Shown: one piece after another, positions 9,912 through 19,931 of the stretch | Layout: each line of letters starts with the position of its first letter | Position numbering within the stretch: the first letter of the stretch is position 1 | Source of the DNA: Opitutales bacterium | GTDB taxonomy: Bacteria; Verrucomicrobiota; Verrucomicrobiia; Opitutales; PNEW01 | Direction of reading: 5' to 3' | Assembly (NCBI GenBank): GCA_965197745.1 | Contig: CBDANS010000006.1 | Coordinates: forward strand, 224,001-288,000 | DNA: 64,000 bases | The notes under the pieces: model-generated | Database searches by the model: none | Told to the model about the DNA's origin: nothing | The model's input: only the letters and a program-made list of their open reading frames with translations | Made by a program: the position numbers and the translations under genes

Positions 9912-10720
9912 TTAACTTTCGTCGGGACGGCGATCACCACTGAGATCTTCTCTTATCTCTTCGCGGTGCTCCCTGCGTGATTCTTTCATATCGCGGTGCC
10001 GCTGACGATTTTCCTCGCGATGTTCCCTGATCATACGTTCGCGATCTTCTCTCGGAGCGTCTTCCAACCGTGCCTGAAAGGCGCGCCTGCGATCATTCAT
10101 TTCATCTCTCTGATCATTGTAGGCGCGGCGCCGAGCGATTGAATCTTCGTCTTGCGCATTGTAGGCACGACGACGGGGATTCACTTCATCATCACCATCA
10201 CCCTCAGCATTGTAATAGCGCCGGCGGGCATTGTTTGGATCGGTATTCTCGTCATCCTGGTTCGTCCGCGCATTATAGATACGGCGTTTCTTGTGATTCT
10301 GATGATCCTCACGCCAGTCATGGATTGCTCTGCGAAGATGATCCGCATGATCTCTCTGCGCTCTAATTCGGTCGGCGTTTTCCCTTTTGAAAGCATCGAT
10401 CTCGGCGCGGACATCTTCGCGGGTCGGATCTTCCAGTTCATCTATACGCGCTCGTAATTCTTCACGCAAAGATTTGCTCTCGTCCTGGTATTGTCTCATC
10501 CAATCTCTAATTTCATCGGGAAATTCGACGGGACGAATATCCGGGGGCCCAGTAATTCTACATCAGAACCCTGGTCAACTGTAACATCTACTTCTCCGCC
10601 AGCTGTCAGTTCATCGCTAACGACAAGAACATCTGTTGTGTTATCTTGACCTACAGCTTTTAGTCCAAAGTAGAAAATAGCCAATAATACGGCGAATGTG
10701 ATATTGATTGTTTTATTCAT
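9912..10720 (-). pseudogene. Secreted highly charged helical protein with RRxYNA repeats, split by a 1-nt frameshift (or sequencing error)
   Basis: ORF 10496-10720 carries a signal peptide. The -1 frame from ~10560 (ITGPPDIRPVEFPDEIRDW) runs into ORF 9912-10499. Adding one base near 10543-10558 gives a single ~269-aa ORF. Confidence 0.75.
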
Positions 10721-10769
10721 GGTAATTTCTCCTATTTTCTTTTGGTTTAATTTAACAGCTCAGGATATT

Positions 10770-10785
10770 TGCAAGGGACATGCCA
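10770..10785 (-). promoter_or_regulatory. Sigma-54 (-24/-12) promoter
   Basis: Minus strand TGGCATGTCCCTTGCA has exact GG-N10-GC spacing and matches TGGCAC-N5-TTGCW at all but one position; ~50 nt upstream of ATG 10720. Confidence 0.85.
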
Positions 10786-10874
10786 ATCTTCAGATTAATT
10801 TTGTTAATAATTGATTAACAATGATATAAATAATATTATGCTGTATTTCCAGGCCTCTGAGTTACGATTCCTCC

Positions 10875-10932
10875 TGGGTTTAAATACCAAATAAATGGGA
10901 ATTTTATCCTCAAATTGGGGAATATTCCCCAA
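10875..10932. promoter_or_regulatory. Putative enhancer-binding-protein sites (UAS)
   Basis: Perfect 18-bp palindrome TTGGGGAATATTCCCCAA (10915-10932) plus degenerate copies TGGGAATTTTATCCTCA (10896) and TGGGTTTAAATACCA (10875), ~21 bp apart, 90-150 bp upstream of the sigma-54 site. Confidence 0.65.
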
Positions 10933-10995
10933 GCCCCACTCGACTTATTGCCAGGACCCTAAAAGCGCTGTTTCAGGGATAATAGAAAAGTTCGA

Positions 10996-11478
10996 TTATT
11001 TTTTACGCTCTCGGACATCACCTGTAATGCGAGCCGGGACACCAACCGCAATCGCGAAGTCCGGGACATCCTGAGTAACGACGGCCCCCGCGCCGACAAG
11101 GGCATTTTCACCTATCGATACACCCCCAAGGATAGTCACATTACTGCCAATCGAAGCCCTGCGCTTGACCTGGGTATTAATGACTTTCCAGTCATCATCG
11201 GTTTTGAGACTACCGTCATCGTTGGTAGCCAGGGGGTAATTATCATTAATGAAAACCACGCCGTGTCCGATAAACACTTCTTCGCCGATGCTGACTCCTT
11301 CACAGATAAAAGTATGTGAAGAAATTTTAGACCGCGAACCTATGGAAGCATTTTTCTGTACTTCGACAAAAGAACCTATTTTTACCTCATCTCCAATGTT
11401 GCAGCCATATAAATTAACCAACTCCGGATGATAAATACTTACATTTTCTCCAAGCTGAACATCTGTTGAAACAGGCAT
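10996..11478 (-). CDS. Hexapeptide-repeat sugar N-acetyltransferase (WbpD/WlbB/FdtC-like)
   Basis: Left-handed beta-helix repeats; VNLYGCNIG, KISSHTFICEGV, FINDNYP, VGVPAR. Confidence 0.85.
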   Translation of the reverse strand: MPVSTDVQLGENVSIYHPELVNLYGCNIGDEVKIGSFVEVQKNASIGSRSKISSHTFICEGVSIGEEVFIGHGVVFINDNYPLATNDDGSLKTDDDWKVINTQVKRRASIGSNVTILGGVSIGENALVGAGAVVTQDVPDFAIAVGVPARITGDVRERKK

Positions 11479-11651
11479 AATATTTATCTTCTATTCGTAA
11501 GGGTGAACAATAAAATGAATATATAAAAGGGTTTTAATTTTCATGACAATATGAATTAATCGTCCCCTTATTCATTGCCTCTCTGCAATGCTTGACTGGC
11601 CAATTCTATTGACTACCTTAATAAAAAAAAATCACCTGTAATTTATAATCT

Positions 11652-12458
11652 ATGCCAGGATCAGAAGATAATAACAATCAAAAGCTACCCCTGGGAAAAC
11701 CCGGAGTATTTAGCGAGAAGGAACGGTTCCTTTTTGACACCACGGGATTTCTAGTGATTCCGAATGCTCTCAGTCCGGAAGAGACGGAGGGCTGCATGGA
11801 ATCTGCAAAGCGTGTTCATTCTTCTTATCCACAGGATGCATGGCGCCAACTCGGTAATACTTTTGAAACTGAAAAAGCATTTGAAGATCTGATCGATCAT
11901 CCCTCAGTCTTTCCCAAGGTTCGAGAACTTCTTGGAGACAAATTCATACTCCAGAGCAGCTGGTGTACGATGGTGCCATCGGGATACATAGGTCAAGGCC
12001 TACACCAGGATGGTTCATCCTCTTATGAGTTCCGTCGTTTAGCAACGCCTACACCCCTTGTTCAACTGCGCATCGGATACGTGCTCACTGACTTATCGGA
12101 AGACGGGTGTGGAAATTTAATATTGATACCGGGAACACACAACAGCTCTGTCCCCCTGCCCAAAGGACTCGGCCCGGATGATGTCCCCATCGCCATCTCA
12201 CTGCGGGCCAAACCGGGAACCGCAATTATGTTTCATCAAGGTGTGTATCATTGTGGCGGGACAAATGAGTTGAACTATAATCGCTATATGATCCATATGG
12301 TCTATGCCCCTCCCTGGTTAATACGTTCTGACCGGAAAGGAAACTCTAAAGAATTTCTAGAGCGATTGTCGCCTTTAAGACGCGCGTTGATGGGCGAATG
12401 GGACCGACCTGAAGATCCCTTTGGCGGTGGATTAGATGCGCTTCCAGTAGAGGATTAA
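11652..12458 (+). CDS. Phytanoyl-CoA dioxygenase (PhyH) family Fe(II)/2OG oxygenase
   Basis: FDTTGFLVIPNAL, HQD, IPGTH, distal H in YHCGG. Confidence 0.85.
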   Translation: MPGSEDNNNQKLPLGKPGVFSEKERFLFDTTGFLVIPNALSPEETEGCMESAKRVHSSYPQDAWRQLGNTFETEKAFEDLIDHPSVFPKVRELLGDKFILQSSWCTMVPSGYIGQGLHQDGSSSYEFRRLATPTPLVQLRIGYVLTDLSEDGCGNLILIPGTHNSSVPLPKGLGPDDVPIAISLRAKPGTAIMFHQGVYHCGGTNELNYNRYMIHMVYAPPWLIRSDRKGNSKEFLERLSPLRRALMGEWDRPEDPFGGGLDALPVED

Positions 12459-12491
12459 AGATTTAACCTTCCAGAGAATCTTTTGCATGCG

Positions 12492-13190
12492 TTAAATACC
12501 GGACTTCGTGAACTTATCAATTAGATCGATAAGGTTATGAGCCGCCTGTGTTTTTACCCCTTTGTCTTCAAAGAGAATTTCACGCAAGGTAATTTTTGCT
12601 CTATTGTGATAGAGCGCATTCGCTCTATTATCCGGTTTCAGGAACCCGCCTTCTAAAGACACCCCAGCATAAATTCCGTCTACATTATTGTAGACAACGA
12701 TCTGAGCCAGACCCAACTTAGCATCGGCTTCCGCGCCTATATTACCGGCTGTCGCGCCCACATCAATTCCTATCTGGAATTTCGATTTATTCAACAGACG
12801 CAAGCTCGATTTACTCATAAGGAGAATAGCAGTATCCGTTTTGCTTCCACCAGCCTGTAGTCCAAAACTGCCTTCTCCGGATTTAAGGAATGCTGGAGCA
12901 CTCCATGACCCGGTTAATTGATCGCGCACCAGGGCAACTCCATCGGCTCCCTTCACCGCGAAAATGAATCCTCCTTTGTATCCTCGAAGTAATATTATGC
13001 CCCGGGCTTCACGCAATAAATTTACGGGTATGCTGGACTCCGGTGATGACATCACCGATTCAAAATAGTTAGATGATCTAATAAGCCGATTGTCCAGTTT
13101 ACTCATGACAACCGCGTGCACTGTAGATCCGGTTACAATCAGGATGGTGACAATCACAATGAGGTGATGAAGGGGTCGGTATATTTTCAT
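12492..13190 (-). CDS. Exported SYLF/Ysc84 lipid-binding domain protein
   Basis: Signal peptide; KGGFIF, WSAPAF, SFGLQAGG, GIYAGVSLEG, ANALYH. Confidence 0.85.
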   Translation of the reverse strand: MKIYRPLHHLIVIVTILIVTGSTVHAVVMSKLDNRLIRSSNYFESVMSSPESSIPVNLLREARGIILLRGYKGGFIFAVKGADGVALVRDQLTGSWSAPAFLKSGEGSFGLQAGGSKTDTAILLMSKSSLRLLNKSKFQIGIDVGATAGNIGAEADAKLGLAQIVVYNNVDGIYAGVSLEGGFLKPDNRANALYHNRAKITLREILFEDKGVKTQAAHNLIDLIDKFTKSGI

Positions 13191-13390
13191 AATCTGAAAC
13201 TGGTATTTAATTTTAAGGTCGTTACTTCGAAAAATAAATTTAAGGAGTATCTCTCAGCGGAAGATAAACTCAGGTTGTAACCGTTAATTTTATCGATGCT
13301 TTATGAATGTCAATTGGTTTTCCGAAATATAACATCGCATGAGCGCTTACCCAAATGTAGTAAGAAATTATACATCCCTGAGTATTACGG

Positions 13391-15082
13391 TTATTGAATA
13401 GCCCCCTTCTCCCTGCTAAAGCCTGCTAATTGGAAACCAGGCACTGTTAACTCAATTACTTCCTGTAATCGTTGAAAAGCAGCTTCTTCACCATCCAGAG
13501 CAATAGTCTGGGCAAAGACATAAGCCCAACGGTTGGCGTGGAAGCTGAAAAGTCTGTCCTTAGCCATTTGAATTAATCGCTCCTCCTGGGTCGGGACTAC
13601 ATTATCTGCGCCAACAAACCAGTAGGCAAAAAGCGCGGGGATCAATACTTGTGCATCATCCGTATTATATATAGAAGTATTATTCACAGAACGTTCAACA
13701 TGTAAGACCGTAGTCTTGAGTAATCCATTCTTCATCTCGGGAACCGAAAAATCACGAAAAGTTTTGTCTTTGATCGTCCACCCCTGTCCCACGAGGCAAA
13801 GTTCCGGTCGATGGATCGACGATTGATCTTTGCTGCTCAAGACGATGGATAATTGCACTTCATGCTCCGGATGTAACAGATTAATATAGCTTTTACGAGA
13901 AAACCCGGTGTCGGGAGGCAAGGTCTCACGTTCCACTCGGCTTACCGGATAATGCCGACCCGCCCAATCAATATTAAGCAATGACGGCAGGGCAACCGGG
14001 TCTATCTCGTTTTCGGCAAGCATGATTCCACATTCGCTTCCCTGGGACAAGGAATCGAAATGCCGTGTCATCAATAATGTTAGAATAGTCGCTATGCTCA
14101 CAGCACTGATAATGCCTACGGCCTTGACAAATAAGAAATGAGGCGCGTTACCGGGTGGAACAATTGAAGACGCACGCGGAGACGATACCTCATGTTCAGG
14201 CCAACAGCGACGCAGTAGAGACACCGTCAGCATGGCGAGGGCGAGAACGATGATAAAGATGATAAAACCGAACCATTCGTGGACAACCGTGCCCGCTTTC
14301 TCCCCGAATAATTCGGCAGCAATTATGATGGTAAAGATACGAATAACATTTCCGATAAAGGCGAAAGGAATACTGAGGACTAAAAGCACCAGCCGTCGCC
14401 ACCAGCTTCTGAAGTTGAGGTAGCCCATGAGCAGGCTAAGCGCACTAAGCGCCACCAGTGATCGGATGCCTGAACACGCGGGTGCCACATCATACTGATA
14501 GGAGCCGTCAGCGGAAAGCAACTGAGTTCCGTTTAAAATAATTTCAATTCCACATAGCTGGGCTAAAAAATAGGAACATCTAATGACATAAAGCCTCATG
14601 GTGAAGCCGATCGCGTTAGTGAGAAATTCCAGGGGAATGGAGAAAAGCATAAAGGCGCAAGGGAAGATCGTGGCGCGTCCCCATCGCGATCCGCCCAGGG
14701 TAAAAGCGCTGCCCGTGAGAAAAATGAGGAACCCGAAAATGGAAATACGCGTTTGCTGAACGAGATAGCCTAACAAATGAATAAGGAAGGCATCTAAAAT
14801 AAGGGAAATCCCAAGCCAAAAGCGCGATAACGTTTGTTCACCTGAACTTGCTTTTATGTTGCGAACAAATATCCAGAGTGAAAGCGCAAGGATAAAGGGA
14901 CCATGTTCTGTTTCTGACAGAGGATTAAACCATTGGAAACCCCACCAGTAAAATAGAGAGGAAGTATCAATGTAGCCGCGGCCAGCGTTTCCAAATAAAT
15001 TAAATACAATGAAAGCGCAAACGACAAGGCAGAGGCCTGGCAACCAGATAGCCAATCGGACTTTATGTTCTAAATTATTCAA
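13391..15082 (-). CDS. Exosortase (EpsH family) fused to C-terminal EpsI-like domain
   Basis: Multi-TM protein with catalytic motifs VAPACSGIRS, NVIRI, VHEWFG; C-terminal SIHRPELCLVGQGW and YWF typical of EpsI. Confidence 0.9.
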   Translation of the reverse strand: MNNLEHKVRLAIWLPGLCLVVCAFIVFNLFGNAGRGYIDTSSLFYWWGFQWFNPLSETEHGPFILALSLWIFVRNIKASSGEQTLSRFWLGISLILDAFLIHLLGYLVQQTRISIFGFLIFLTGSAFTLGGSRWGRATIFPCAFMLFSIPLEFLTNAIGFTMRLYVIRCSYFLAQLCGIEIILNGTQLLSADGSYQYDVAPACSGIRSLVALSALSLLMGYLNFRSWWRRLVLLVLSIPFAFIGNVIRIFTIIIAAELFGEKAGTVVHEWFGFIIFIIVLALAMLTVSLLRRCWPEHEVSSPRASSIVPPGNAPHFLFVKAVGIISAVSIATILTLLMTRHFDSLSQGSECGIMLAENEIDPVALPSLLNIDWAGRHYPVSRVERETLPPDTGFSRKSYINLLHPEHEVQLSIVLSSKDQSSIHRPELCLVGQGWTIKDKTFRDFSVPEMKNGLLKTTVLHVERSVNNTSIYNTDDAQVLIPALFAYWFVGADNVVPTQEERLIQMAKDRLFSFHANRWAYVFAQTIALDGEEAAFQRLQEVIELTVPGFQLAGFSREKGAIQ

Positions 15083-15181
15083 TGACCAGGTTGATGATTT
15101 ATTTATAGTGTAATTATAAATTGAAATACCGGATAAACAAACAGCGATCCATTTTAAATAAGAATAAGCCTATGGCAATTA

Positions 15182-16300
15182 CTACAGGTTTTTCAAAAAC
15201 CGGGTGAAGACGGGGGCGATCCGATTTTTTTCGTAGCTGTTTAGAAATTGGGTGCGGTTTTTATTCCCCCATATCTCCCACAGATCTTTTTTCTGAAGAG
15301 CGTTTTCAAGAGCTTGCGTAAGATTTATAATTAAGTCTGGCTCCGTGGGGAAGCAAAGCCCACCCGGATTGTCACCCAGGACCTCAGCATTAGTACGCCA
15401 GTCAGTCGCGACAATCGGAAGTGCCCACATCATTGCTTCAACCATGGACCTGCCAAAGGTTTCCTGGGGCGCAACTGAGGGAAAGACATAAAGATCTGCT
15501 TCGGCAAATTGGTGCCATTTCATATCTCCGGTAAGAAATCCTGTTAATTCAACCGTCTTTTCTATGTTCAGGCTTTTAATATCATCATGTAATTGTTCCT
15601 CCGTGTAGGGTGGTAAGCACTCGCCAACGATAACCAGTCTACAATCAGGATAACTTTCAATTAAACGCGAAAATGCGCGGAGCAATGCCGGTGTTCCTTT
15701 ATCAGGAGTAACGAGACCCACGCAGAGAATTTTTATTATATCCGATTTTCCTCTATTTAACATTGCAGGTTCATAGTTATCCGGTAACCAATGGGGAATA
15801 GCAGACACATTCTTTATGCCCAGGGATTGGGGATCCTGTTTTCCAAATTCAGTCCAGACCATGGCATGCGTGGAATAGCGGTATACGAAGAGGGCAATCC
15901 ACCGGAGAGGAAAATAAAACCGGGGTAAGGCATTGGCAATGCCGCCGGCCTGAAAATTCAATACTACTCGCTTGGCAATAAGGATGCACCACGGCAAAAG
16001 AAGCACGTCACGCATCACCGGGACCTGGTGTGGACCGCCTATAGGATAGAGCAGGCAGTCTATCCTTCCCTCTAAACGGATGGCGAGCAGACGAAAAACA
16101 ACTTTAAACAGTTCCCCAATCTTTGAAACCGTTACTTTCCTCAATCGCTTTAAGTTTAAATTAAATCGAAAGGGTAGATGCCTCACCTCAATATCCGATT
16201 CATTGGATAATATATCGAGAATTTCCGAGATCGTGATATTTTGACCATGGAAAGGGGGTGGTTTCTGACCGGCTACGACAATTCTGATTTTTTCCCGCAT
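15182..16300 (-). CDS. Glycosyltransferase family 4
   Basis: GQKPPPFHGQ, KG, VFPS, ETFGRSMVEAM. Confidence 0.9.
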   Translation of the reverse strand: MREKIRIVVAGQKPPPFHGQNITISEILDILSNESDIEVRHLPFRFNLNLKRLRKVTVSKIGELFKVVFRLLAIRLEGRIDCLLYPIGGPHQVPVMRDVLLLPWCILIAKRVVLNFQAGGIANALPRFYFPLRWIALFVYRYSTHAMVWTEFGKQDPQSLGIKNVSAIPHWLPDNYEPAMLNRGKSDIIKILCVGLVTPDKGTPALLRAFSRLIESYPDCRLVIVGECLPPYTEEQLHDDIKSLNIEKTVELTGFLTGDMKWHQFAEADLYVFPSVAPQETFGRSMVEAMMWALPIVATDWRTNAEVLGDNPGGLCFPTEPDLIINLTQALENALQKKDLWEIWGNKNRTQFLNSYEKNRIAPVFTRFLKNL

Positions 16301-16328
16301 AAAATTGATATAGCCTCTAAAATATTGA

Positions 16329-17213
16329 TCAGGTAATAACGAATCGTTTCACCCATGGAATTTTGGCGAACAAGACATTAAGGATAAGGCGCCATTCCCT
16401 AATCCCCCCAATTTTAATGAGCCGAATGGAATTTTTAAAAAACTGCATCCACCTGCATGATTGAAATTTATCCTTATTTAAAAGAACGCGGGCAAGGTAA
16501 ATCCGCGCTGAACGCCGCGGGTATTTTCTTATAAATTCCAGGTATAGTTTTCTGTGTGTTTTCCAAAATTCAGTGGCACTTTGTGTATTAACCCTTTCGA
16601 TGTTTAATATATAATAGCGAACTAATGCTTCGGCGACATTGGGAACAATTTCCAGCGAATAGCGATGAACGATACTAAAGAATAAGTAAGCGTCATCCCC
16701 TATTTTAAAATCCTCATTATAACGCAATTGGCCATCGTTGCGATGAAAGAGGGTATTGGTATCGGGGATAGTGCGAAGGAATATATCTTCCCCACAGAAT
16801 TCAGAAGCACCCACTTGTTTAACACGTTTACGCAGGCCAAGGTCATAAAAAATCCCGCATAGGACAAGGGGCGAGCGTGTAGACTCCGCCCGTTCGAGTT
16901 GTAACTGAATTTTCTCAGGGTGATACATGTTGTCGTCGTCGAGGTAGGTAATCCAATCCCCGCGAGCATGACTGAGACCGGCATTCTTGGCATTGGCGCA
17001 ACCAATTGAACAGTGATGTTCGATCAAGCGGACGCGCTTGTCCTCGAGCAAAGATGTCAGTTTATTATTATTTGCCAGCCGATTATCGACAGGATTATCG
17101 TCAACAAGGAGGATTTCAAAATCATTGAATGTTTGTTGGGTAAGGCTATGCAAAGCGCGGGGCAGCAAATCATGACGATTGCAGGTAGGAAGAATAACGC
17201 TGACAGCGGGCAT
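16329..17213 (-). CDS. Glycosyltransferase family 2
   Basis: VSVILPTCNR, LLVDD, AKNAGL, YLDDD. Confidence 0.9.
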   Translation of the reverse strand: MPAVSVILPTCNRHDLLPRALHSLTQQTFNDFEILLVDDNPVDNRLANNNKLTSLLEDKRVRLIEHHCSIGCANAKNAGLSHARGDWITYLDDDNMYHPEKIQLQLERAESTRSPLVLCGIFYDLGLRKRVKQVGASEFCGEDIFLRTIPDTNTLFHRNDGQLRYNEDFKIGDDAYLFFSIVHRYSLEIVPNVAEALVRYYILNIERVNTQSATEFWKTHRKLYLEFIRKYPRRSARIYLARVLLNKDKFQSCRWMQFFKNSIRLIKIGGIREWRLILNVLFAKIPWVKRFVIT

Positions 17214-17480
17214 GATAAAGTAAGGCTTAAAAAAAAATTTAAGACAATTTATTTAATAAAGTATCAGGTCTATCACAATTTATTAGATATCCTATATTAA
17301 AATTTTTTTCTCTAACTCACTAATGCTCCAGTCACCATGCAGCGATTAAAGGAATATATTGAATATTACTGATATTTTCATATTTTAGCTTTTTCCGTTC
17401 TGCGGCTGTCATATTATAATAAATCCATTGAATTGTTTCAGTGAAGATCACTGTGAGACGTTGTATTTGATGTAACTGTT

Positions 17481-18407
17481 GTGAAGAAACCCAATTTTTT
17501 CATTGTTGGAGCGCCTAAAGCTGGCACTACTGCATTCTATGAGTATTTAAGGCAGCATCCGGACATTTTCATGTCTCAGTACAAAAAAGAACCTCATTAT
17601 TTTGCCAAGGATCTGCACCGCTTTAAACGCATTGTCAGAAACTTACACTGGATTACGGAGATAAACGATTATCTGGAATTGTTCGAATCCGCAGAGTCCG
17701 AGTCAAGAATAGGTGAAGCTTCTGTTTTTTATCTTTATTCCGAAACCGCGGCGAGGGAAATTTACCGTTTTAATCCTCAAGCGCGAATAATCATCATGCT
17801 TAGGAAACCGGCTGAACTGATGTATTCCATGCACAGTACATTTCTCCTCCTGCATGAGCGCCACAGGCCCCAGGAATTTCGAAAGGCGCTGGAAATGGAA
17901 AAGCGGGGAGAAATAGAGTCGGGAGTTCCTGACCATGAACGCAGTCACATTTCTCAAACATACGCCATTGCTTCCTTTCTTAATCAGGTAAAACGATTTA
18001 TCGACATTTTTCCCCGAGAGCAGATTCACTTTATTCTCTACGATGACATAAAAAATGATACGTCATCAGTTTACCGGGACACTCTTCGTTTTCTCCAGGT
18101 TGATGATACCTTTCAACCCAGATTAAATATTATTAATAAAAATAAAACGGTGCGAAGTCATTTTATTCATCAAATCGTTGTCACTCGTCCACTCCTAATA
18201 AGTAAAATATTACGTTTATTTACGACCCGAAAGATGAGACAACAGATCAGTCTGTTCATCAATGAGCTGAATTATAAAGAGTTTGAACGCTCACCGATGG
18301 ATCCAATATTGGAAGATGAAATATCCGAATACTTTAAGAAAGATATCATCGAATTAAGCGGAATTATTGAACGCGATCTATCAAATTGGCTAAAAGAGAA
18401 ACAATAG
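17481..18407 (+). CDS. PAPS-dependent sulfotransferase
   Basis: PNFFIVGAPKAGTT (5'-PSB loop), KEPHYF, GEAS, LRKP..YS (3'-PB motif). Confidence 0.92.
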   Translation: MKKPNFFIVGAPKAGTTAFYEYLRQHPDIFMSQYKKEPHYFAKDLHRFKRIVRNLHWITEINDYLELFESAESESRIGEASVFYLYSETAAREIYRFNPQARIIIMLRKPAELMYSMHSTFLLLHERHRPQEFRKALEMEKRGEIESGVPDHERSHISQTYAIASFLNQVKRFIDIFPREQIHFILYDDIKNDTSSVYRDTLRFLQVDDTFQPRLNIINKNKTVRSHFIHQIVVTRPLLISKILRLFTTRKMRQQISLFINELNYKEFERSPMDPILEDEISEYFKKDIIELSGIIERDLSNWLKEKQ

Positions 18408-18557
18408 GTTGAAGGTATTACCCTAGTGTGTATTTGCAATATTTGTGACGGTTGCAATGGATAGAAACAGAATGATACTTTCATGTGTTACCCTGGCCGG
18501 CTTTAAGTTACGTCCCAAGGACAAGGAGCGCAAATACTTACCCGGAGAAATAACGAC

Positions 18558-19931
18558 ATGATTATTCGATTATTTCGGTGGATGGAAGCTCATCCGGGAA
18601 AGGCGGGAACCCTGGCTGGCTGGTATCAGCAGGCAATGAGTATAGGAATGGCACTTATACTCATACCGCAAATTATTCTATTGCTTCCATCCTCGGAGAC
18701 GGGCTTGTGGTTTACCTTTCAAAGTCTTGTCCTCTTTTTTTTAATTCTGCAATTTGGACTTCCCATAACCATTGCCCGACAGGTAGCCTATTCCCTGGAT
18801 GCAAAGTCAGAACAAGGCATAGAGCGCAATGACGATTTTATCCCTTTACGTCACGGTTTGGGCGGTATCAGTGATCTACTGTCCATTACGCGAATTATTT
18901 TTTTTGTCCTGTTAAGTCTCTGCCTGGTGCTTATAGTCGTGGTGGGAGAGTATATTCTCCCTCTGGGAAAATTGTTATCGAAAAATAGCAGTGAAGCTTC
19001 GACGGTCTGGTATCTCTTCGGTATCCTCATTTTTTCAACCCTCCTAAATAATCGAACCCAAGCGTTTCTCGAAGGACTGGGTAAAATATACATCATCCAT
19101 CTTATAAGCGGGACTCATAATCTCATCTCCGGAGCCGCAATAATCGCAAGTCTGCATTTGACTCATTCAATGATAGTCATGGCTGCATCCCAAAGCATTT
19201 GTGGATTACTTTTTATGTTCAGTCTGCAACTAATTCTCCACCGGTCATTAAATAAATGCCCTCCTCCTTCGCCCAATCTTGATTGGGCTGTATTAAAGCA
19301 TCTCATTAAGGTGGCATTCCCATTTGGAATCATTCATCTTGGCCGATCCTTGGTTACCGCAATCCAAGTACCCTTAATCGGTTTCATTTTAGGAGCGGAG
19401 ACGGTGTCCCCTTTTTATATCGCACAAAAAATTGGCCATTCAATCAGGTTGGCAACAAACCATATAACTCAACCGCAAATGCCGTTCTTTACCCGCGAGC
19501 TGGCTGCCGAAAAATGGAGCGCGGCTCACTCACGTATAATGCGCACGGTCACGGGAGTATGGGTATTTTCTCTAGCGACCCAGAGTGTCTTTTACCTGTT
19601 AAGCCCCTGGTTTGTTAATTGGTGGATTGGCCCTGATCAATATATAGAACGCACCGTACTGTTCTTTATGGCATTTAACTTTTTTGTAATCGCAAGCACC
19701 CAGGTATGGACGGCATTTACCATTGCCGGCGGACATAACCCTTTTGTTATCTCCATTCTTCTTTCCGGCTTATTAAATATAATATTGTGCGCTCTTCTCG
19801 TTGGCCCTTTCGGTATTCTTGGCATCGTGTGGAGTGGTCTATTGTCGGGTTTAGCAACTATTTACTGGTTTGGTCCGTATCATGGGATAAAACTGCTTAA
19901 GAGGCTCAAAGAAGAACCCGCTTATCAATAA
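18558..19931 (+). CDS. Wzx-like polysaccharide flippase
   Basis: Many hydrophobic TM segments, QFGLPITIARQVA motif, position among glycosyltransferases. Confidence 0.75.
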   Translation: MIIRLFRWMEAHPGKAGTLAGWYQQAMSIGMALILIPQIILLLPSSETGLWFTFQSLVLFFLILQFGLPITIARQVAYSLDAKSEQGIERNDDFIPLRHGLGGISDLLSITRIIFFVLLSLCLVLIVVVGEYILPLGKLLSKNSSEASTVWYLFGILIFSTLLNNRTQAFLEGLGKIYIIHLISGTHNLISGAAIIASLHLTHSMIVMAASQSICGLLFMFSLQLILHRSLNKCPPPSPNLDWAVLKHLIKVAFPFGIIHLGRSLVTAIQVPLIGFILGAETVSPFYIAQKIGHSIRLATNHITQPQMPFFTRELAAEKWSAAHSRIMRTVTGVWVFSLATQSVFYLLSPWFVNWWIGPDQYIERTVLFFMAFNFFVIASTQVWTAFTIAGGHNPFVISILLSGLLNIILCALLVGPFGILGIVWSGLLSGLATIYWFGPYHGIKLLKRLKEEPAYQ

